In this document: positions 1 through 18,287 of the stretch, in pieces
Layout: each line of letters begins with the position of its first letter
Position numbering within the stretch: position 1 is the stretch's first letter
DNA from: Macrostomum lignano
Taxonomy: Eukaryota
Reading direction: 5' to 3'
DNA length: 64,000 bases
Assembly: GCA_002269645.1 (NCBI GenBank)
Contig: NIVC01001395.1
Span: 186,001 to 250,000 of the forward strand
Program-made: the position numbers and the translations under genes
The notes under the pieces: generated by a model
Databases searched by the model: none
The model's input: the letters and a program-made list of their open reading frames with translations, nothing else
Told to the model about the DNA's origin: nothing

Positions 1-60
1 TTTAGGCTTTTTTTGTACCTGTATGCAACAAATTAATTGTTCATTCATGAGAAAAGCATA

Positions 61-6278
<6,218 letters not shown>

Positions 6279-6319
6279 TTCTGATTGCAAGCAGAAGTTT
6301 TCGTTTTTTATTTCTTAAT

Positions 6320-6700
6320 CCTTAGCGATGCTCTTTTGAGAGTCCTAGCAACAGATGCTCTTTCGAGAGTCCTTAGCAACCGATGCTCTTTTGAGAGTCC
6401 TTAGCAACAGATGCTCTTTCGAGAGTCCTTAGCAACCGATGCTCTTTTGAGAGTCCTTAGCAACCGATGCTCTTTCGAGAATCCTAGCAACCGATTTTTT
6501 TTGAGTATCCTTAGCAACCAGTGCTCTTTCGAGAGTCCTTAGCAACCAGTGCTCTTTTAAGAGTTCCTAGCAACCAACTGCTCTTACGAGAGACCCTAAC
6601 AACCAATGCTCTTTCGAGAGTCCCTTGCAAACTCCTAATAATGATGGCGTCTTTAGTGATTAGAACACCTAGCGTACCTAGAAACCAGATGTTCCTAGCA
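6320..6700. repeat. 28-bp minisatellite (GAGAGTCCTTAGCAACCGATGCTCTTTT) just 3' of the first gene's stop
   Basis: Unit starts at 6365 and 6393 (period 28); decays after ~6620. Confidence 0.93.
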
Positions 6701-7204
6701 ACCACTAAGTTATTTTCCCTCTAAGTAACATATACATTCTCTGTTTCTAGATTAGGCGTCCTTAGCAACCAAGATTTTGATTAATATTTTCTGGTAACTG
6801 CCGAACGAATTAACAAACGAGTTAAGTCTGTCTTCTAAAAAATTAGCTCCTTTCGGCGACCGTATCTTAAATTAACTGAATTCGGTCTCGCAAAAATTAC
6901 TTGCTCTTGTTTACTAAATTGCTTTAGTTTGGCATTACAGGATTGGCAACGCCGATTTTGCCTATCGATTCTTCTGCTACATTGCAAACCAAACTTTTGT
7001 GGTCGAACTGCTTTGTTTTTGTATTTTGATCTATTTACAACAAACGATAATTAGTCTATAATATTTTATCCGTGAGTTTTAATTGATTTCTTGCTAATAT
7101 TTTGTAATTTTTCTAATTTTTGATTAATCAACAACATGGTGCAATATTTTATCTTGCTATAGCTACAACCTTGTTTTTGCGGTTACTGTTTACGATTCCT
7201 TCCT

Positions 7205-7518
7205 ACCCCAGGAGCCCACCACCCTATTCCCTCTTGCCCCAGAGCCCACCACCCCATTCCCTCTTGCCCCAGAGCCCACCACCCCATTCCCTCTTGCCCC
7301 AGAGCCCACCACCCCATTCCCTTCTGCACCAGAGCCCACCACCCATTCCCTTCTGCACCAGAGCCCACCACCCCATTCCCTCCTGCCCAGAGCCCACCAC
7401 CCTATTCCCTCCTGACCAGAGCCCACCACCCAATTCCCTCCTGCCCCAGAGCACACCACCCCATTCCCTCCTGCCCCAGAGCCCACCACCCCATTCCCTT
7501 CTGCCCCAGAGCCCAACT
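7205..7518. repeat. 30-bp C-rich minisatellite (CCCAGAGCCCACCACCCCATTCCCTCTTGC)
   Basis: About 10 units; explains the spurious PQSPPPHSLL ORFs. Confidence 0.95.
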
Positions 7519-8285
7519 TAGCTCAACTGAAGCCAATTGAAAGTAGATAAACCCACAATCAATCGCTTATCTTACATACTGAGTAGGCTGTGTGCAATTA
7601 TTTTTAAATTTCTCAAAATTTTACAATTTTGTTGAAAATTGCTTTCCAAAATTCCGTTGTTCATGCTTTCTAACCGATTTGGCCTTCAATTTTGATTTTT
7701 AATATGTTATTCATATATCAATATTCATGATAAAATTTATGTATCTTTTCGATTATTTAATTAATCCAGTGTTGCCATTACTATGTTAATATAGTTTACT
7801 TGATTCAACCCATATATTTTAAATATACGATACGTATATGCGTTTATACAAATTTGAAGTGAAGCAGAAAAAATGTAAAAACAAAAACATATCATTTGAA
7901 AAGTATATCATTTTTGCGGATAAAATTTGTGATGCTTAATTATTTTTCAAAATCAAATTTTCAATTCTAAGGTCTGCAAGTACTTTATCATTGCTGAAAT
8001 TCGCAATTAGTTAAAATTTTAGATTTAGTTTTACATTAAGCGGGGCTGATGTACGAGTAATGAAGATACAATTAATTTTGTAAAAACTGTATTTTGTTTT
8101 AGAACAGCAACATTTAATAATTTTTGATTGATTAATGATTTTCATGGATGTAGAACAAATTCATAACTAAGAAACTTTTACGAGAATATTTTGGAAAAAA
8201 AACTTTTGTGCAATTTCGTTTGTTTACGACAGCGTAAAAGTGCTTATAGCCATTGGCGTTCTCGTGTATCACTGCCCACTGCTTG

Positions 8286-9112
8286 TCACACCACCTCCGA
8301 CCTGGACTGGCCTTTTTGGTTTCCAATGCTGGCGTATTCGGGGTTGAACGATCCGGCTGGCTCCATCGGCACCATCTGGTCTGAATCGTAGCTTCCTGTC
8401 GAAAATTTGAGAACAAATTTTGCCTCAGAGTGAGCGAATTTCAAGTTTTTGATCTGGCAATTTTTTGATCCGCTAAAATGAATGCCTGCGGCGCTAAATT
8501 GACAACCTGAAGAGTCAAAATGAGCGCTGACAACACGGAATCTCAAAATAATGGACATGTAGGAATTTAGTCATGTACATGTTGAATTTCTAGAATTGTC
8601 CCCCCCCCCACCATAAAATCCATGGCGACGCCCCTGCCTAACTGAGCACATTATACATACGCCCGCCCGATGAAAACTGTACCTTGACCAACAAGCGCCC
8701 CATAGTCGTATCAAAATCGTTGCAGGCGACAATTTAACTCCAGACTACTCTAAAACGACGAAAAAGCCGTCAGAGAATCGCTTTGAAGTCAATTTAAGGC
8801 ATTTTATTGTCTTCCAGACTCTGAAACGACTCTTAGACGACTTTTCGCGAGCCTTTTACAATTTTACAACTCATGTGATCTCCGTCACATTACAGTCGTT
8901 TGAGTCGTTAAAAAGTCACAAGAATCGCTCCAGAGTCTCACTATAGTGAGTTGTTTGCAATTACTGTATCGATTCTCGTCATTGTAACGTTTTCAACTGG
9001 CCCTGATACTGTACGCAGGCATGCACACGCTATCGTGAAGTTTTGAGCTTTTAAAAACGACCCTTGGAAAATAATCTAAGTAACTCACTCCTTGGATCAT
9101 CGGCTTGATCCA

Positions 9113-9163
<51 letters not shown>

Positions 9164-12100
9164 TTGTCTCGTACTGCCGACCAGTTGAACCGTCGACCCT
9201 CCGGTTTGATTGTCCCTGATTGTCAATGCCACCGCCGGTGCTGCCCTCCGACACTATGGTGGTGCGACTTGCCCCGACGCTCTGAGGCTGACGGGACGAA
9301 TTAGGCTTGCCCTTTCCTCCGCCAGTTTGTCTGAGGATGGATTTTGTCAAGTTTAATGCAGGCGATTGTACAACCATCTCACCATTTCAGTTTATTTACA
9401 TTTAAATTGCCCGCCAACCCCTTTGCCTGCCTCCAATTTTAACTCACCACCTCATTCTACCTCACCACCCCATTTTAAACAAAACATGCACTCCTTTTAA
9501 CCAACTACCCTATTTTAACCGCCCACCCCATTTTAACCCTAACCCCATTTTAACCCAACACCCCAATTTAATCCTCAACCCATTTTAACCCACCACCCCA
9601 TTTTAACCCACCACCCCATTTTAACCCACCACCCCATTTTAACCCTTCGACCCATTGTAACCCATCACCCTATTTTAACCCATCGACCCATTTTAACCGC
9701 CACCCTATTTTAACTCTCACCCCATTTTAACCCACCACCCAAATTAACCAATCTCCCAATTTTAACTCACCACCTCATTTTCTTGACATTCACATTCTAA
9801 CTTAACGCGCTATTTTACTAAAACTTGTTGAAACCCACGACCCCAGTATCTCAAAACTCCAAATAATCCACCAAACCAATATTTTGAGTTTACACGCTTT
9901 TCAATATGTTCAAAACCTTGATGTTTTGGCTAAATAATTTTGCCTTAGATACTACTATTACTACTGTTGCAAGAATGCACTGGATTAACAAATATTAAGT
10001 CTAGTCGCGCAATCTCGTATCTTATCGCCTTCGAGTTTGAGCAAATATGGACTGCAGTATGCTAGCTAGCCATGCAGCTTTGGGTAGGCGATTTAAGAAT
10101 AAGCTTGATAAGAAAATTCTGCATGTAGATAGACAAGACAGCTTAGGTTAAAATGGTTGCTTTCTAAACTTCTAAATAAAGTCTGTGTAAGACGCGACGC
10201 GCGTTCAAATATTCAACAATATTTGCTATACAGTTCTCGGGTTACTAGCAAAATTTTTATTTTAAGTGGATCTAACGAAATGGATGTGAATAAGAATGTT
10301 CCCACGAGTAGTTTACACTGCAGTTTAAAATTACGCTCGTAATAAGAGGTCAAAACGGTATTATTCGAGTTAGAACGCTCGTTTGATGTTTGTATCCGAT
10401 AATATCGAGAATACGCCTGTAATGTGTAGTTGGATCCAACTGAAACAGCTTGAAGTTGAAAAGGTTAAATAGACCGTTTTTATACTAAACTTCTATCTTC
10501 TTAAACTTCTAACTTCTACATAAAATACAAGTTGCACTGCAATCTTACCCGGTTGATTTTCTACGCATCACAAGGAAGATGATCACAATGACTCCAATGA
10601 TAAGGAGCAGAGCCAGTGGTACGGTAATGCCAACAATGAGACCAACATTAGCCTGGTTTGCAGGCTCCGGTCCAGAGCCGACTGTAGTTATGATGAGGTA
10701 ATGGGTTTTTCGTTATAATATGTTAGGGAGGTGGCTTACATCTGCGGCTTTCTCAGATCAAGACTTTGACAAGTTTGGCTAGAACTAAGTGATCCTTTAG
10801 CACCAGGGGCGCCAGCACCTGGAGTACTAGTCTAATCAACTTCTAGCTCCATACATACTAGCAACAACTGTCGTTGCGATCCCTCTGTGCCAGCACTCAC
10901 TCTGACAGTCGAAGCCAAGCTCGCTGGGGTCGGGCTGCCAGCGCAGGGTGCCGTCGGTCTGCCTCGTGCACTCTACAGTCTCTTGAGCGCGCGTGGCGTG
11001 CAGAGTGGGTGCGCAGCTCAGCTGAACGCGGGCGCCCTCGGTCAGAGCAATATCGGCTGGGAGGGTCAGGCCGCGGACTGCCGGCTTGTCGCAGTAGCGC
11101 CCTACAACTAATTTCAAGGTAATGAGATGCGATGGTTAAAATGGGGTAGTGGGTTAAATTGGGGTAGTGGCTTAAATTGGGGTGGTGGGTTGAATTAAGG
11201 TGGTGGGTTAGAATTGGTAATGGGTTAAATTGGGGTGGTGGGTTAAATTGGGGTTGTGTGTTAAAATGGGCGTTGGGTTAAATTGCGGTGGTGGGTTAAA
11301 ATGGGGCGGTGGGTTAAAATGGGGCGGTGGGTTAAATTGAAGTGGTGGGTTAAAATTGGGCGGTGGATTAAATTAGGGTGGTGGATTAAACTGGGGTGGT
11401 GGGTTAAAACGGGGTGGTGGGTTAAAATGGGATGGTGGTTTTCAGCTGGCGTGAAGGATTGAGAGGCGAGATTAGAAATTAGGGTTTTAGTGCCCTTAGA
11501 CTTGGCTTAATATAGGTAAATTCAAACTAGATGCGGTAAGTTGTCGTGGCAGGTAAAACTTTTTAACTACTATATAAATCATTTTAAAGTCCTTGGTTGT
11601 TTCGAGTAGCCTTGAAGCACAAAGTAAACCGACCTGTCTCATTTGCCGAAGCCTGCATTGATCCAAATTCTTCGCTTTTCTCTCTCGTCTGTCTAGCAAT
11701 GTTGGTGTTCTGCATCACTCGAAGGTCGAAAATGCAGTCGGCGTTTGATTGACAAGTTGACTGCTCCTCGCCGTGAGGGTTAATATTGTCCGCAGAAAAT
11801 ACAGCTTTTCGCTCGTATGGTTCGACAAAGTCGCGATTGTATCTTAGAAAGATATTGTTTCGAGAACCTTCGTATACGAACAAGCTAGCATCAACTGTAG
11901 TCAACTGATTCTTCTTACAGAACTGATAGTGAAACTCCGTGGCATTCGGTCGGAAAGCAATCTTGTCCCCGTTGACGTCAACAAATTCATTGTCAACGTC
12001 GTCGGTCCATTGACCGAGCAGGCCTCTGGTCAGGCCCTTCAGACTGGCTGACAGGGCTACGAATGCGTTCATGTAGTCCATACCATCGGCCGCGTACAAA

Positions 12101-15100
12101 TCTATACCCATTGACTGGTCATTGCTGGACAGTTGCACCACTATGTTGTCTAAGCTGGCCAGAAGCACTGTAACACCGCCCTCGATGTAGGGCCTGCCCA
12201 CAGTCAGCGAAATCTCAGTCTGGTAGCCAGTGTCCGGCTCTCGGCGGTACAGCCGAAATCTGGGCGAACCGTTAGCGGCTGTGACTACAGAAACCTGTCC
12301 AATCACGAAGCGGAGTTTGATTATAAAGCAATTGTCATGTTCCAAACTGTACAATTTGCGTTCTATGCATGAAAATCTTCTTGATCGTTGTTAGCGCAAT
12401 TAATAATAATTGTAAAACGATTACAACTCTCTATTTAATTTATTCCTGAATTTTCAACGTTACTATAGTTCATCACAATATTAATAAATAATAATTGATT
12501 TCACCTGCCCCAATTGGGCCAGATGTGCAACCGACAGCTCAGCCGCAGCTATTGCGCGGTGCATCTGAAGGCTACGTACGACTGGGTGGGGGTTCGCCAC
12601 TCACCTTCAATTACCCCAGCTAATGCTGGCACTCATTTTACAGCTGGGTTAAGTGTTAAGTGTCTTGCTAAAGCACACAAATTGTTGCAGTGGGATTGGG
12701 AATCGAACCTCTGACCGACCTTCAAGTCGTGAGTCGGACACTCTGGATAATACAATTAGGCTACAACTAGCTCAAGAACGCTTTAGTCTCAAAGAATTAC
12801 TACATCTATACGATAGGAAGCCTCTGCAATGAACATTCACAGAACACTGAGCTCATTCGATACCCTAAAAATCCCGATCAACATTCGTGTACTTGTGTTA
12901 TCTCAGTCTCAGCTGCAGTCAAGCGCATATCTTACCTGAAAAGTGGCACCCGTTCGAACTCTGACCGCCACAGCCACCAAAACCGTAGCATTATCGTTAG
13001 GCTGCAACCGTAAAAATCGTCCCTGCACCTGGAAGTTATCGTCAGTTCGCTGCAGCCAATATTCGCCAATACCGTTGAACAGATATGGCCGGCCGTTGAA
13101 GCTGGTCAGGTGCGGATCGCCGACAATGCCACCGCCGCGACCGGCGACAAATGTGGACACCTTCGGCGTCGGTCTCTCGTTCATAAAGTAGAACGGACAG
13201 TCACCGACGTTGGACCAACGGCAGCAGTAGAAAAACTGCAAAGCGTCCCAGTACCAGTGCGACATGAAGGCTACTCGGCCAGGAAGTAGGGCATTGTTGC
13301 CACCTGGTGCGACGCCTTCCGGATGAGAGCGAATCGCCCGACTACCGTGCTGGCTCCAGTCGTTGCCGCTCTGCGCCCCGATAAAGTCCTGATAGATCAG
13401 GTGGCCCGCAGTAGCGTCGTAGCAGCAGATCGAGGCTGGCGCGCTTCTTAGATCGGCTCTGCAAGGTTTTTTTCATTTTTCATTTTGATTCATTGTTAAT
13501 TAGGCGTACAAGCTGTAATCACCACTGGCACCTTTCGGTGGCAAAGTCTCTCCAAATGTTGTCTCGAAAGTAAACCTCGAACATGAATCATCTTTAGAAA
13601 CCGACCGATTCGAATTTTCATTTTAAGCTATTCAACATAAAAACGTCGCACATCAAGTAAAAAATGCCTTGAGAAAATGTTTACATTTAGATTTTACATT
13701 TTGAGAAAATCTTACTCGGCTACCGCTCGGGACACGAAACAGGTCTGACTCGGCGTGGCTGAACTACAGCCGAGCGGCAGATCCGGACAGTAGCTGAGAC
13801 GCAGGTAGCGGCTGGATTCGGCCCTGGCCTGGAGAAGATTGCCTGGACAGGTGAGGGCCTGAAGTTTCTCCCGGGTCTGTTGAGTCACTTCGTCGGTGGC
13901 TGATAGGGCGCTGCACTTCTGACGGTACCATTCTGGTTGCTGCTTTTTGGTGTAGTACTTGTGCACGAACCAGCCAAGAGGCATGATTCGCGAGCGAAGG
14001 TATCTGGAATCGTGGTTCGTTGAGCCTGATTTCGAATAACTTGTAATCGTTGTACTATTCCAAAGACAACTTTGATTGAGAAATAAAAATTACAGTTTGT
14101 GAAAAGAACCCATCCCGTAGGTTGGGGTTTCGAGAAACTGGGGTCGTGGGTTTCAACGAATTTTGGGAAAATGGGGTAGTGGGTTAAAATGGTGTGGTTG
14201 GGTTAAAATGGGGTGGTGGGTTAAAATTGGGTGATGGGTTAAAATTGGAGGCAGGCGAAGGGGTTGGTTGGTAATTAAAGTTTACTCAAACTGGAGTGTG
14301 GAGCAAATAGTTGTAAAGTAAACGAGTCGAGAGAATATAACCGTTCAACACTGAAACTTTTTCATCAATGCAGAGCCGATGAAAAACGTAAAATTTCACA
14401 TCGATTACTGCTCTGTAATAGCTCGTATACGAGAAGTGCTTCACGGAACTGTACTGACGTCATAGCCAACCGCGAGTTCGCTAAGCTTACTTCGCTATCG
14501 AAAGATCTTTATGTTAGAGCCAATAAAAAATTCTCAAACCTTGGCGGATATCCGCCATCGACAATTTCTAGAAAGCCGATGTGATGCGTCTCGCACTCCG
14601 GAGTCTCCGACGGGCAGCTGAGCTCGCTGACGTCCATTTGGCCGTCGTTCTCTGCGGTTACTTCCAGTAGAGTTTTCATTGGAGTCTGCGGCAACAATGA
14701 GGATTAATGATATTCATTTTTGCCTACTCAAAGCATAGTTGGAGACAGTAGTTATGACAAGTAGTTGAACTAATTATTGGAAATTACATTGGTACTGTCG
14801 ATTTGGGTCAAACCGGCTTCCGAATATCCGACAACTCGAAGTGTCGGTATGCCCCGCAACGTTGAGTCGTAGGTGATCTGAATGTAGGAAACATTTATTT
14901 GAATTATACATTTAAGATGCAGCTGTGGATCTGGAAACGAACGCATAATAAGTTGATAAATTGTTTAACTTGCCTGCAAGCCCTGAGAGGACAGTTTCAT
15001 CCAGTTCTCGAATTCTCCGGCAAGTTCGATTTTTCCCGATACACTTTCGTCAGGGCTCACTGGAAGAGGTTTTTAAGGTTGTATTTAAAAAAATTAAGCA

Positions 15101-18100
15101 AGCAAAATAAAACAAAGCGGCCTCACCTAAGCTAATATTGGTGCTGAATGCGCCTGGAATAGTGTTGATAGCCAGCGAAAGCCTTGCCTGACCCTGGCGG
15201 AACGCAGGCGGGATCGGGCAGGCCAGGAAAACGCCAGCTCCGGTGCAGTTGGCCGACCCACTGCACTCGATGGTGCTACTCTCGCCCAGGGTGGCTCCGC
15301 CCATTGTTACCGTGCAGGTGCCGCTGTTGCCCGGCTCGTGGCATCGACCGGACACGATAGCAATATTCCCGCCTAGAATGGAGTCGCGAACGACAGTCGA
15401 CGAGAGCACGCTGTCGCCATCGTCGGTTAGGCAGCCGCCGCGTTTCGGTGGCCACATGTCGATCCGGTAGACATAGCGACCGAGAGTGCGGTTGCCGATG
15501 CCAGACACCTGCGGCAGTCTGGGGGCCGTGTCGCCACTGAACGGCAGCTGGACGGTGTCATAACTGTTCGCCCGGCTGAATCCACTCTGTGCGGGTGTTT
15601 TTAATGAGCATTTTTAATTTAAATATCCTGCAGCTTTAATCATACTGCACCTCCATAACTAGCATAACTGGTTGAGCTTGTTTTTGCAATTAAAATCCAA
15701 GGCGCAGAGCCTGCTGTGCATGCCTGCCACTGAGACAGATGGAGTCATTGTGCTCAACTTGCGCTTGTGTGTGCGCCCTAAACAGGCCGTGTGCTCTGGG
15801 GTCAGTGGATTGCTTTGATTTGTATGTATTTCTATTTTCCCTTAAGAAATAAGAAATAAGAAATAAGAAAGCATCGAATACTCATTTTGAAAAAAAACTT
15901 CAGTCATAAAGTGAACCAGTTTAATGTTTCAACTTGAACCCACTGACAAATACGAAACTCACCAGAAGCTTGTATCCTCTTGCTTCGATGAAATTCATTG
16001 CCAAATAATTGTACAGAACGTAGGTGCTTGATTCGTCAAACACGACTACAGCTTGAACAGTGTTTTCCTAAAATTGGAAATCAGAATCAGTTGGAAAAAG
16101 TCATTTCAATGTTATTACGAGTATTTTGTCAGAAAAGGCATCTTTTAAAAGTTTGATTACATGCAATTTAATAGTATGCATCTAGATTTGGTTTTTCATC
16201 GTTCTTTATCTAATAATAATTGATTAAGCCCGCCCCGGGTGCACGACAATTGACTGCCACAATTTGACTGCCACAATTTGACTGTCAAGCAATTTGACTG
16301 TCGACAAAATGACTGCGGACAAAATGACTGCGGCAATTTGACTGCCAGCAAAATGACTGCCGACAAAATGACTGAGGCAAAGCTTGCTATAGGCGCATTC
16401 TCGTTATGCAAAAGAGGAGAGAGAGAGATGAGAGAGAAGTTGAAAAAGAAGACAGGGGAAAGGAGAGATTGTAGAGATGAGAGAGATGAAAGGAGAGATG
16501 AGAGATGAGAGATGAAGGCGGAAAGAGCAGAGTGCAGAGAGACGAGAAAAGTGAATAAAGGGGAGAGAGTATAGAAGAGGGAAAAGAAGAGGACTAAGGA
16601 AAGAGAGGAGTCAGAAGAGGGGAAAGAGTGAAGTGACAGGTACACAGCTGAGTGAAGAGTAAAGATGAGAGGGGGATGAGAGAGCAAAGATGAGAGTCAG
16701 AGAGTGAACACGATATATGAGAGGAGAGAGGAGAGAAAAGACAAGAGAGGGAGAGAGTATAGAAGAAGGAAGAGAAGAAAAGAAAAGACAAGAAAGGAGA
16801 AAGGAAAGAGAGGAGTCAAAAGAGGGGAAAGAGAAGAGTACAGAGGAGAGAGGTGAGAGAACATACCAGTATAAGAGTAAAGATGACAGATGAGAGAGGG
16901 GAGATGAGAGAGCAGAGACGAGAGAGAAGTGAGAAAACAGAAGAGAAGATAGAAGGTTCAAAGGATGCAAGGAACATAGGGATCGAGAGGCAGAAGTAGA
17001 GGCCAGAGTTTTTCTGACATTCTGCGCCGCACCCCAGCCAACAATATCAATAGTTTGCCTCCAATCCTAATTTTACACGAATGTAATCTATGTTATGTTT
17101 AACTCTAATAATAAAAGTTTTTGCTTGAGTTTAACTTCAGATTTTAGAATATATGCAAAAGTTCCTAAGATTGTAATTCCCATTTCCCACTGTTCAAAAT
17201 CCACGGGTTTCAACAGCTGTTACAGCTTGTTGTATAAAGGTTATGTGTTCTGTTCTGCATCATTCTAGCTCGTAAATACAATATTTCACTGCATGCATAG
17301 ACTTAAAAGGGTTGACAGAGTGCTAAACTTTAGGAGCATCATTTTTCCGGCAGTCATTTCGCTGGCAGTCATATTGTCGGCAGTCAAATTGCCGCAGTCA
17401 TATTGTCGGCAGTCAAATTGCCGCAGTCATATTGTCGGCAGTCAAATTTCCGCAGTCATTTTGTCGGCAGTCATTTTGTTCGCAGTCAAATTGCTCGGCA
17501 GTCAAATTGTCCGCAGTCAAATTGTGGCAGTCAAATTGTGGCAGTCAATTGTCGTAGACCCGCCTGCCCCAATTGGGCCAGATGTGCAATCGACAGCTCA
17601 GCCGCAGCTATTAAGCGTCGCGTCTGAACGCTGCGTACGGCTGTTCAGTCCAAGGACTGGGGGGTCGCCGCACACCCTCAATTACCCCAGCTAATGCTGG
17701 CACCCATTTTACAGCTGGGTGAACTGAAGCAATGCAGAGTGAAGTGTCTTGCTCAAGGACACTAACTGTTCCAGTGGGATCGGGAATCAAACCCTCAACT
17801 TTTAAGTCGTGAGTCCGAGGCTCTAACCACTAGGCTACAACCCTCTAATTAGGTCTATATAATTGAAAACCTCAGCTTCAGCTCGCTAAATGCTCGCGCC
17901 TACCGGAAGTCGAGCACTAGAACGCTGATTCTGCCAAGTGAACGTGTTCCCGCCAATAGCAGAAAATCCAGCATTGTTCCAGAAATTCTCTCGCACTATG
18001 GCTTCCACTTCGCGTAGGTCATCGCGGGATAGTCGGCCTTGATGGGTGTTTCCAGCTTCTGGAAAGTCTTGAATGAACAGCTCGGCCAGGTGTAGCATGG

Positions 18101-18251
18101 AGTGCGGTCGGATTTCTGACGGATTAAGCGTGCTAGTGTCCGAACTGCTGCCAAAAGTGATTCGGCCGTTTCTGCGGCTCATCTGAAAATCAATCGATAC
18201 ACCCAAAATCTTGCTTTGCATAGCAATTTGCCATGTCTATGTATTTTGCGC

Positions 18252-18287
<36 letters not shown>

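Noticed and set aside
37-60. ORF-track start at 37 for the first gene
   Set aside because: Non-ATG (TTG) start from the prokaryote-style ORF caller; the in-frame ATG at 61 begins a good signal peptide
16196-16970. Hydrophobic Leu/Ser-rich ORFs resembling membrane proteins
   Set aside because: Translation of the AG/CT low-complexity interior of the foldback element
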